Origin: Hormiphora californensis
Lineage: Eukaryota > Animalia > Ctenophora
DNA length: 64,000 nt
Direction of reading: 5' to 3'
Assembly (NCBI GenBank): GCA_020137815.1
Contig: CM035360.1
Span: 6,014,001 to 6,078,000, forward strand
Shown in pieces: positions 34,201 through 46,456 of this stretch; the stretch's first letter is position 1; the number at the start of each line of letters is the position of its first letter. Below the pieces are notes generated by a model, which worked only from the letters and a program-made list of their open reading frames with translations, had not been told where the DNA came from and searched no databases. The translations under genes and the position numbers were made by a program.

Positions 34201-37200
34201 TTGTCATATAGGATACTATTGTCTATTTCCTACTCCAATTATACCATAGTACCTATCTTAAGTATTACTTTCCTAGTTCCTACTAAACTAGCTACGAGAC
34301 AGTATATACGCTACCAGACACACTGCCTATACTAGACTTGCTACTAGACACACTGCCTATACTAGACTTGCTACCAGACACACTGCCTATACTAGACTTG
34401 CTACTAGACACACTGCCTATACTAGACTTGCTACTAGACACCGCTTCCTATACTAGACTTGCTACCAGACACACTGCCTATACTAGACTTGCTACTAGAC
34501 ACACTGCCTATACTAGACTTGCTACTAGACACACTGCCTATACTAGACTTGCTACTAGACACACTGCCTATACTAGACTTGCTACTAGACACACTGCCTA
34601 TACTAGACTTGCTACCAGACACACTGCCTATACTAGACTTGCTACTAGACACACTGCCTATACTAGACTTGCTACCAGACACACTGCCTATACTAGACTT
34701 GCTACTAGACACACTGCCTATACTAGACTTGCTACTAGACACACTGCCTATACTAGACTTGCTACTAGACACACTGCCTATACTAGACTTGCTACTAGAC
34801 ACACTGCCTATACTAGACTTGCTACTAGACACACTGCCTATACTAGACTTGCTACTAGACACACTGCCTATACTAGACTTGCTACTAGACACACTGCCTA
34901 TACTAGACTTGCTACTAGACACACTGCCTATACTAGACTTGCTACTAGACACACTGCCTATACTAGACTTGCTACCAGACACACTGCCTATACTAGACTT
35001 GCTACCAGACACACTGCCTATACTAGACTTGCTACTAGACACACTGCCTATACTAGACTTGCTACTAGACACACTGCCTATACTAGACTTGCTACCAGAC
35101 ACACTGCCTATACTAGACTTGCTACTAGACACACTGCCTATACTAGACTTGCTACTAGACACACTGCCTATACTAGACTTGCTACTAGACACACTGCCTA
35201 TACTAGACTTGCTACTAGACACACTGCCTATACTAGACTTGCTACTAGACACACTGCCTATACTAGACTTGCTACTAGACACACTGCCTATACTAGACTT
35301 GCTACTAGACACACTGCCTATACTAGACTTGCTACTAGACACACTGCCTATACTAGACTTGCTACCAGACACACTGCCTATACTAGACTTGCTACTAGAC
35401 ACACTGCCTATACTAGACTTGCTACTAGACACACTGCCTATACTAGACTTGCTACTAGACACACTGCCTATACTAGACTTGCTACTAGACACACTGCCTA
35501 TACTAGACTTGCTACTAGACACACTGCCTATACTAGACTTGCTACTAGACACACTGCCTATACTAGACTTGCTACCAGACACACTGCCTATACTAGACTT
35601 GCTACTAGACACACTGCCTATACTAGACTTGCTACTAGACACACTGCCTATACTAGACTTGCTACTAGACACACTGCCTATACTAGACTTGCTACTAGAC
35701 ACACTGCCTATACTAGACTTGCTACCAGACACACTGCCTATACTAGACTTGCTACTAGACACACTGCCTATACTAGACTTGCTACTAGACACACTGCCTA
35801 TACTAGACTTGCTACTAGACACACTGCCTATACTAGACTTGCTACTAGACACACTGCCTATACTAGACTTGCTACTAGACACACTGCCTATACTAGACTT
35901 GCTACCAGACACACTGCCTATACTAGACTTGCTACTAGACACACTGCCTATACTAGACTTGCTACTAGACACACTGCCTATACTAGACTTGCTACTAGAC
36001 ACACTGCCTATACTAGACTTGCTACTAGACACACTGCCTATACTAGACTTGCTACTAGACACACTGCCTATACTAGACTTGCTACTAGACACACTGCCTA
36101 TACTAGACTTGCTACTAGACACACTGCCTATACTAGACTTGCTACTAGACACACTGCCTATACTAGACTTGCTACTAGACACACTGCCTATACTAGACTT
36201 GCTACTAGACACACTGCCTATACTAGACTTGCTACTAGACACACTGCCTATACTAGACTTGCTACTAGACACACTGCCTATACTAGACTTGCTACTAGAC
36301 ACACTGCCTATACTAGACTTGCTACTAGACACACTGCCTATACTAGACTTGCTACTAGACACACTGCCTATACTAGACTTGCTACTAGACACACTGCCTA
36401 TACTAGACTTGCTACTAGACACACTGCCTATACTAGACTTGCTACTAGACACACTGCCTATACTAGACTTGCTACCAGACACACTGCCTATACTAGACTT
36501 GCTACTAGACACACTGCCTATACTAGACTTGCTACCAGACACACTGCCTATACTAGACTTGCTACTAGACACACTGCCTATACTAGACTTGCTACCAGAC
36601 ACACTGCCTATACTAGACTTGCTACTAGACACACTGCCTATACTAGACTTGCTACCTAGACACACTGCCTATACTAGACTTGCTACTAGACACACTGCCT
36701 ATACTAGACTTGCTACTAGACACACTGCCTATACTAGACTTGCTACTAGACACACTGCCTATACTAGACTTGCTACTAGACACACTGCCTATACTAGACT
36801 TGCTACTAGACACACTGCCTATACTAGACTTGCTACTAGACACACTGCCTATACTAGACTTGCTACTAGACACACTGCCTATACTAGACTTGCTACTAGA
36901 CACACTGCCTATACTAGACTTGCTACTAGACACACTGCCTATACTAGACTTGCTACTAGACACACTGCCTATACTAGACTTGCTACTAGACACACTGCCT
37001 ATACTAGACTTGCTACTAGACACACTGCCTATACTAGACTTGCTACTAGACACACTGCCTATACTAGACTTGCTACCAGACACACTGCCTATACTAGACT
37101 TGCTACTAGACACACTGCCTATACTAGACTTGCTACTAGACACACTGCCTATACTAGACTTGCTACTAGACACACTGCCTATACTAGACTTGCTACTAGA

Positions 37201-40200
37201 CACACTGCCTATACTAGACTTGCTACCAGACACACTGCCTATACTAGACTTGCTACTAGACACACTGCCTATACTAGACTTGCTACTAGACACACTGCCT
37301 ATACTAGACTTGCTACTAGACACACTGCCTATACTAGACTTGCTACTAGACACACTGCCTATACTAGACTTGCTACTAGACACACTGCCTATACTAGACT
37401 TGCTACCAGACACACTGCCTATACTAGACTTGCTACTAGACACACTGCCTATACTAGACTTGCTACTAGACACACTGCCTATACTAGACTTGCTACTAGA
37501 CACACTGCCTATACTAGACTTGCTACTAGACACACTGCCTATACTAGACTTGCTACTAGACACACTGCCTATACTAGACTTGCTACTAGACACACTGCCT
37601 ATACTAGACTTGCTACTAGACACACTGCCTATACTAGACTTGCTACTAGACACACTGCCTATACTAGACTTGCTACTAGACACACTGCCTATACTAGACT
37701 TGCTACTAGACACACTGCCTATACTAGACTTGCTACTAGACACACTGCCTATACTAGACTTGCTACTAGACACACTGCCTATACTAGACTTGCTACTAGA
37801 CACACTGCCTATACTAGACTTGCTACTAGACACACTGCCTATACTAGACTTGCTACTAGACACACTGCCTATACTAGACTTGCTACTAGACACACTGCCT
37901 ATACTAGACTTGCTACCAGACACACTGCCTATACTAGACTTGCTACTAGACACACTGCCTATACTAGACTTGCTACCAGACACACTGCCTATACTAGACT
38001 TGCTACTAGACACACTGCCTATACTAGACTTGCTACCAGACACACTGCCTATACTAGACTTGCTACCAGACACACTGCCTATACTAGACTTGCTACCAGA
38101 CACACTGCCTATACTAGACTTGCTACTAGACACACTGCCTATACTAGACTTGCTACTAGACACACTGCCTATACTAGACTTGCTACTAGACACACTGCCT
38201 ATACTAGACTTGCTACCAGACACACTGCCTATACTAGACTTGCTACTAGACACACTGCCTATACTAGACTTGCTACCAGACACACTGCCTATACTAGACT
38301 TGCTACTAGACACACTGCCTATACTAGACTTGCTACTAGACACACTGCCTATACTAGACTTGCTACTAGACACACTGCCTATACTAGACTTGCTACTAGA
38401 CACACTGCCTATACTAGACTTGCTACCAGACACACTGCCTATACTAGACTTGCTACTAGACACACTGCCTATACTAGACTTGCTACTAGACACACTGCCT
38501 ATACTAGACTTGCTACTAGACACACTGCCTATACTAGACTTGCTACTAGACACACTGCCTATACTAGACTTGCTACCAGACACACTGCCTATACTAGACT
38601 TGCTACTAGACACACTGCCTATACTAGACTTGCTACTAGACACACTGCCTATACTAGACTTGCTACTAGACACACTGCCTATACTAGACTTGCTACTAGA
38701 CACACTGCCTATACTAGACTTGCTACTAGACACACTGCCTATACTAGACTTGCTACCAGACACACTGCCTATACTAGACTTGCTACTAGACACACTGCCT
38801 ATACTAGACTTGCTACTAGACACACTGCCTATACTAGACTTGCTACTAGACACACTGCCTATACTAGACTTGCTACTAGACACACTGCCTATACTAGACT
38901 TGCTACTAGACACACTGCCTATACTAGACTTGCTACTAGACACACTGCCTATACTAGACTTGCTACTAGACACACTGCCTATACTAGACTTGCTACTAGA
39001 CACACTGCCTATACTAGACTTGCTACTAGACACACTGCCTATACTAGACTTGCTACTAGACACACTGCCTATACTAGACTTGCTACTAGACACACTGCCT
39101 ATACTAGACTTGCTACTAGACACACTGCCTATACTAGACTTGCTACTAGACACACTGCCTATACTAGACTTGCTACTAGACACACTGCCTATACTAGACT
39201 TGCTACTAGACACACTGCCTATACTAGACTTGCTACCAGACACACTGCCTATACTAGACTTGCTACTAGACACACTGCCTATACTAGACTTGCTACTAGA
39301 CACACTGCCTATACTAGACTTGCTACTAGACACACTGCCTATACTAGACTTGCTACTAGACACACTGCCTATACTAGACTTGCTACTAGACACACTGCCT
39401 ATACTAGACTTGCTACCAGACACACTGCCTATACTAGACTTGTTACTAGACACACTGCCTATACTAGACTTGCTACTAGACACACTGCCTATACTAGACT
39501 TGCTACTAGACACACTGCCTATACTAGACTTGCTACTAGACACACTGCCTATACTAGACTTGCTACTAGACACACTGCCTATACTAGACTTGCTACCAGA
39601 CACACTGCCTATACTAGACTTGCTACCAGACACACTGCCTATACTAGACTTGCTACTAGACACACTGCCTATACTAGACTTGCTACTAGACACCGCTTCC
39701 TATACTAGACTTGCTACCAGACACACTGCCTATACTAGACTTGCTACTAGACACACTGCCTATACTAGACTTGCTACTAGACACACTGCCTATACTAGAC
39801 TTGCTACTAGACACACTGCCTATACTAGACTTGCTACCAGACACACTGCCTATACTAGACTTGCTACTAGACACACTGCCTATACTAGACTTGCTACTAG
39901 ACACACTGCCTATACTAGACTTGCTACCAGACACACTGCCTATACTAGACTTGCTACTAGACACACTGCCTATACTAGACTTGCTACTAGACACACTGCC
40001 TATACTAGACTTGCTACCAGACACACTGCCTATACTAGACTTGCTACTAGACACACTGCCTATACTAGACTTGCTACCAGACACACTGCCTATACTAGAC
40101 TTGCTACTAGACACACTGCCTATACTAGACTTGCTACTAGACACACTGCCTATACTAGACTTGCTACTAGACACACTGCCTATACTAGACTTGCTACTAG

Positions 40201-43200
40201 ACACACTGCCTATACTAGACTTGCTACTAGACACACTGCCTATACTAGACTTGCTACTAGACACACTGCCTATACTAGACTTGCTACTAGACACACTGCC
40301 TATACTAGACTTGCTACTAGACACACTGCCTATACTAGACTTGCTACTAGACACACTGCCTATACTAGACTTGCTACTAGACACAGCTTCCTATACTAGA
40401 CTTGCTACTAGACACACTGCCTATACTAGACTTGCTACTAGACACCGCTTCCTATACTAGACTTGCTACTAGACACACTGCCTATACTAGACTTGCTACT
40501 AGACACACTGCCTATACTAGACTTGCTACCAGACACACTGCCTATACTAGACTTGCTACTAGACACACTGCCTATACTAGACTTGCTACTAGACACACTG
40601 CCTATACTAGACTTGCTACTAGACACACTGCCTATACTAGACTTGCTACTAGACACACTGCCTATACTAGACTTGCTACTAGACACACTGCCTATACTAG
40701 ACTTGCTACTAGACACACTGCCTATACTAGACTTGCTACTAGACACACTGCCTATACTAGACTTGCTACTAGACACACTGCCTATACTAGACTTGCTACT
40801 AGACACACTGCCTATACTAGACTTGCTACTAGACACACTGCCTATACTAGACTTGCTACTAGACACACTGCCTATACTAGACTTGCTACTAGACACACTG
40901 CCTATACTAGACTTGCTACTAGACACCGCTTCCTGGAGGACCCCACGTTAATGGTGTATTCTGACCGATACAGAACGAAGAAGCACACTTGTACCAAGAA
41001 GATATCACACTACCAACTAGATATAAAATACCTGTTTACTGTCGGGTCGTGATTGTATACGACTGTGTAGTTCTGTCTCAACCAGGCGGAGTGTCGACAG
41101 TTCCACTGTACCAGTATCACTGAAAGTTGTTTTGTCTAAATGCAGAGATACAATGAGATATCACAGAGAGATAGGGAGATAGAGAGAAACATAGATAAGA
41201 GAGATACAGAGATACAGAGAGATACTGATATCACTAATGCGTGCTCAATATATGTCGCATGTTAACAGACATACCACATGTAAATTAAATAGTTTCCATT
41301 GTGGCTTGTGTGGAAACAGCTATATTTCTATATATAGAATATATATAGGTATGTATACCTGGTAAGGCACCGTAGTGAGTTGCAGTAGAGGAGAGATAGA
41401 CAGCACAGTTTCAAGGAAGCCAGTAGACTGTCCAGTACCATCTTACAGTGTGGCATGTCCTGAAGGAGTGGTTACTTTCAGTTTTTTGGCACAACTTGTC
41501 CATACCAGTCCATACTGTATGTGATGTGTAGATGCTACAAACTATCTGCTACAACTATCTCATGTTGATTTGGAATACAGTTTTACTACACTTCTCTCCT
41601 ACTAAGCTATGTACAAACTATGTATACATAAGCTATGATAGTAGTATTATTAACAATGGCATCATGGGGTACCCTCTCGCCAACTCAAAGTACGATTTTA
41701 ATTATTATATCGTACTAACTGCTTTTACTCAGGGGAACAGAGGGAATCCCGACAGTCAATTGGGGATGGTAATTTGATACTACTTTTAAACACACCACGG
41801 CGTGCAGATAATGTGTCTCTCTCTAACTTTACCGTAGTAATGCTAATCAGCTCAAGACCTTATTTACCCAGACACTTACAGCGACTAGGCGAAGAAAGGA
41901 GTGAATGAGGGAGATGTTACATCGCTCTTTCAGTTCCTGTTGGAGATAGTCGCAGACTTCCAAAAATCCATGTGCTAGCATAAGATCTTGCTGAAAAAAG
42001 GGGGGGGGGGTTAGAAACACAACAATAACAGCTAAATTATTCAATAGGGCAGTTATTTGTGTCTTTGAAATTATGCTAATGATCGCTTTTTACTAGTTAC
42101 TAGGTAATTAGGGGGGGGGGGGTATAACAAAGAGTAAACGTTCCAAACCCCCAGGGCAACACCCATCCCTAACAGGGCTCTCTCCCCTCCCCTCTCTACT
42201 GTCTCTCCCTCTCTCCCTCTCTTTCCCTCTTCCTTTCAATTTTCCTACCATTTTGGTCAAGTCTGGAGGTAGAATCTGGCTGGCCTGTCCTCGTACATCA
42301 AGCTGCATGATGTCCCCATGTCGACAACAAATGACAACCCAACCCAAATCATTCCAACCCCTTCTCTCCATCTGTATCCCCTTGTTATCCACCCTAATAA
42401 TCGTCTGGCTGGCTACACTGGACTCCGTCGTGTCTGGGCAGGTCTGGATGGCACACTCCGATGTAAACCTAACATTATCATCATCACCATCCTGATCAAC
42501 TGAGAACTCCCCTGGTTCCTGTTTCACAATGATACCATCATCACAGTCCTGTTCTGTCTGGGTCTCTGCACTCTGAGTGGCGGGTCTCTCGTTCACGATC
42601 ATTAGTTGGATAGGGTGCTCTATACCGCTCGTAGCTGGGGTTGCAATTGTTGCAGCATTGGGTTTTGTGATGGTAGGTGTTTTAGGAGTACTGACTGCTG
42701 CTGCTGCGGCGCTGTTGTTAGCTGTATCCTTTGAAACAGTCTTAGAAACTGGAGTTACAGCTGGGCTGGAGTTAGGAGCAGCATCTTTAGAATTTCTCGA
42801 AACTGCGGCTGGAGTGGGAGTAACATCTTTAGAAGAAGTCCTGGAAACTGCGGCTGGAGTGGGAGTAACATCTTTAGAAGAAGTCCTGGAAACTGCGGCT
42901 GATCTAGACTGTTTTTTGGATGGGGGTTGTGGTGTTTTGTTGGTCTGGAGGGGATCCCGTGCGGGGACTTTAGGAGTGTTGGGTGTGTGTGGAGGTGTGT
43001 TGTTGTTTGGAACTGGTTCTGATACTATAGAAACTGAGGAAGAGGAAGCTGTACTGGATCCTGATTCGTTAGATTTGTGTCTGCCTCTATTGGTAGATGG
43101 TACTGTGTCTTCTGAAAAAACATAGTGGTTAGGAGAGAGTTCAATAATAACAATAAGATGGTTTAGGCATTGATTTACAGGGTGTTAAATATTATATACT

Positions 43201-45272
43201 TACGTAGAAATACTTCGATAACTCTTCTGTTTGTGGCATTATCATCAAGGCCAACTTTCTCCAACAAAGCTTTCACGTTGGTGACACCCTTTTCGTGTAT
43301 CTGGTGAAGTCTGAGGGGGAAATAATTGTTAGCATTCAGGGGGAAATGATTTCATTTCATTGAGTGAATAATACATTATAAATTCACCAAATCCACGACT
43401 AAAATTGTACATTGCACAAAAATGCCTTTTTAAAAAGGAAAACCAACAAGTGAATCGATATCCATAGTTTTGAACGCGAATTTGTTTCTCATATTATCCT
43501 TACTCACGTTGCAAGAGTAACAAGAGAGAAATCCCCGAGTAGCTTCATTTTCTTTGAATTCATGATATTGTGAGTTGTACTACATTTTGGACAGCGAAAC
43601 TCAGCCTCGTTCGTCTTGCCTTCCTTGTAGAAAACTAGCCTTATTTCCGAGCATTTGGGACACTGCCGAGACCTGGAAAATGTTAGCTGAGAGAGGGAAC
43701 GAGATTGAGAAAGAAGAGGACAGATAGGGGTAGAAATACAGCCTAGTGCTGCGCCTGCATGCGATGGAAATTAACATCCTTAGCCTGGATTACTAATTGC
43801 ATGCAGATAGTGGAGCGATAATTGCCACAGGGATAGGGAGATAGATGGAGATCGAGGGAGATCGAGGGAGATAGAGTGAGATAAAGGGAGATAAAGGGAG
43901 ATAAAGGGAGATAGAGGGAGATAGAGGGAGATAAAGGGAGATAAAGGGCGATAGAGGGAGATCAAGGGCGATAGAGGGAGATAGAGGGAGATAGAGAGAG
44001 ATCAAGGGAGATAGAGGGAGATCAAGGGCGATCAATTGAAAGATATAGTGGATGAAACGGATGAAAATATCATATAGTGGTGACCAGGTGACAGGGTAGA
44101 GAGAATGTGTGGTAGAAAGATAGAAAGATACTAGATATAGATGCTAACCCACCTAAAAACAGTTTTATGCTTGATGATGTATTTCAAGACAGAGGACCCA
44201 ACTAGTTCAGTTTGTTTGTTCCATGTTATCTTCTGATGATACGTCTCTAGATGTAACCTCTCCGACACCCACCACAGCTCCTCCCCAGTAGGACCAGTAT
44301 GGATATTCTTATTACAGTACCGACACACTGGTTTGTTCAGTTTCTTACAGAAGTGGGATCTCAGAGCGTTTTGTTCTGTTTGACTGGGTGGCTCCTTCAT
44401 CTCTCCTGCCCTCTTTTTCCTCTTCAGACATCTGTCCAGATGGTTTGGTAACGGATCGTACATCGTGCACAGCGGACATATTCTAGTTTTGTTCTTGGAC
44501 ACAATTGAGGTTACTAACGATGTGGCTGACGAAGATGTGCAGGAAGAGGAAGATTTCGCAGCGGAAGATGTGCAGGGAGAGGAAGATTTCGCAGCGGAAG
44601 ATGTGCAGGAAGAGGAAGATTTCGCAGCAGAAGATGTGCAGGAAGAGGAAGATTTCGCAGCAGAAGATGTGCAGGAAGAGGAAGATTTCGCAGCAGAAGA
44701 TGTGCAGGGAGAGGAAGATTTCGCAGCGGAAAGCTGACCTACAGGGATAGCACCACGTGCTAATTTATCAATCTGTTGCTTTTTTGAAGTTTTACTGGGT
44801 CCAAGGGTGGGTTCAGGTCGTCGGGGTGCTGAAAATAGGACAACTTGGCGATTGGAGCAATCATGAAACAACGAATTGCATTCAATTACATATAAATAAA
44901 CATTATCTATATATCGATGAAACACTAACCTGAAGTTATTGAAGGGGTCCGTGGCTCATCCAGTTTCCTTCTCTTGCTACCCTGATTATCTCCTACCCTC
45001 CTCACCATGTCCTCCTTGGGCAGACTCGCCAAATCTGCCGCAATCGACTTCTTGGTAAACATGCTCAGGGAAGGGGTTTCTGTGCCTGGCCTCTTCCTCC
45101 CTCCATTTGGCCTGTTTAGGTCCACTGTCTCCGTATCACTGTCTCCACTTCTCACAGTCACCTGGCTGTTCGAGACGATTGTAAGCCTATCTGAATCAGC
45201 AATGGATTCTGCGTCAGGGTCAGGTAATATGGCGATGTCACTCTCATCACTGGATTTCCGCGGCCTTGACAT
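31202..45272 (-). CDS. Uncharacterised multi-exon, probably nuclear protein with Cys/His zinc-binding motifs, Ser/Thr/Pro/Lys-rich repeats and a C-terminal coiled coil
   Basis: Exons near 45272-44929, 44829-44152, 43672-43508, 43311-43204, 43112-42249, 41991-41879, 41460-41360, 41120-41031, 34176-33934, 31921-31851, 31701-31509, 31343-31202; phase checked for the last six. Motifs CPLC..HLDRC, CRYC..HLETYH, CPKC-x19-CPKC; basic NLS-like patches. Confidence 0.6.
31379..31422 (-). mobile_element. Mini-element TTG...CAA family (44 bp)
   Basis: Same two termini; degenerate TSD TCTGGGAC/TCTGATAC. Confidence 0.7.
32014..32064 (+). mobile_element. Mini-element TTG...CAA family (51 bp)
   Basis: Same termini; perfect 8-bp TSD CCTGACAC. 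Confidence 0.8.
34310..40933. repeat. 30-bp satellite (ACACTGCCTATACTAGACTTGCTAC[T/C]AGAC), about 220 copies, 6.6 kb, intronic
   Basis: Near-perfect tandem array with one common T/C variant and five 31-bp variant units. Confidence 0.98.
43830..44033. repeat. 10-bp intronic minisatellite (GGGAGATARA)n
   Basis: Directly visible. Confidence 0.9.
44532..44731 (-). repeat. 33-bp coding tandem repeat, 6 copies (SSAAKSSS[S/P]CT)
   Basis: In-frame repeat within ORF 44131..44925. Confidence 0.9.
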
Positions 45273-46456
45273 GCCCTATAAAAGTTGGTTCATTGCAATA
45301 TTATATTAGACATATACGTTTGTCCTGTGAATTGACCTACTACAAGTTCGATAATAATTTCGAAAAATTTCGATTCACCAAAAATTTTGAATTTCCATGA
45401 GTTTCCATGAATTTCGAAAAATTTCGAAAAATTTCGAGAAAGTGAGTCAGTTACGGTAGAGTATTGGGCTAAACAGGTGAGTCAGGTACAGTGCGCTATG
45501 TGTAGGGAATCGTCAGGAGCAGTATTGGAGCAGCAGGTTCTCAAAGACTCTGCAAATGAGCTTCAGGGCTAGGCTTATATAACCCCGGTCCCACTGGAGT
45601 TGTAATCATTAGTCACCCTGAGGTAGCACACTTAGGGGTCACCTGGCTAAGCCATAATTCCTAACTCTTCCTTTTCCAAAAGGTTCGCTCTTCATCGGGT
45701 AATCCATGACGCATATACCCCAAGTAGCATTCTGAATTACAGTCGGGAGACTTCAAAGCAGGGATTCTTGGTGAAATGATCAAATTATAGGATAAATTCA
45801 TTTCTACAACAGTCGTCACCAAGGGTCATGTTCAATTGTAGAAGGAAAACAGAGCTGAGAGCATTTCATGGTACTTTAGGGTATTTCCTGCATGCAATAC
45901 CCATATTTTCACATTTGCACTTGGGCCCAGTTACAAAATTGGGTCCTGGATACCAGGGTCCGGTCCATCGGTCCAGATGGCCCCTGTCTGACCGAAATGC
46001 TATCAATTGACTAGTAGGTAATCAGCAACTAGCAAGCATACTCTGCAGGCCTCTCAACCCTCAATGCGGGGGTACGTGCTGCGTGCATAGGGAGAACCGT
46101 GTTGGAGTGGCTAGCAAATTTCGAGAGCAAGTTTTGAACTAAAAAAACACAAACCAACATGGCCATGCATGGATTTTTGGTCTTACCGCGCGCGGCGAGT
46201 ATCAAAAATGGAAATGCGGCATTAAAAGTTAAATTGAAGCGCATGCCATTATGACGCGTTACTGGCTTCGCGTCGTAAAATCCAAAAATATGCTCGCTCC
46301 GCAGCTGCTGAAGTTTTCACTTTTTTGTAAAAATTTTTCGCTCAATTTGAAATTTCCATCCCTCTTCACCCAATCATCCTTTTCCGTTACATATCTACAT
46401 TTTACCCTTCTGAAAAGTTCTTTAAGAGTTATCCTTCAAGTCAGGATGCATGAAGG

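Noticed and set aside
34338-41052. Very long ORFs (up to 1749 aa) across the satellite
   Set aside because: Artefacts of a stop-free 30-bp unit; frames break at 31-bp variants; they lack proper start context.
42577-43125. Plus-strand 182-aa hydrophobic ORF
   Set aside because: Antisense shadow of the Ser/Thr/Pro/Lys-rich exon of the minus-strand gene.
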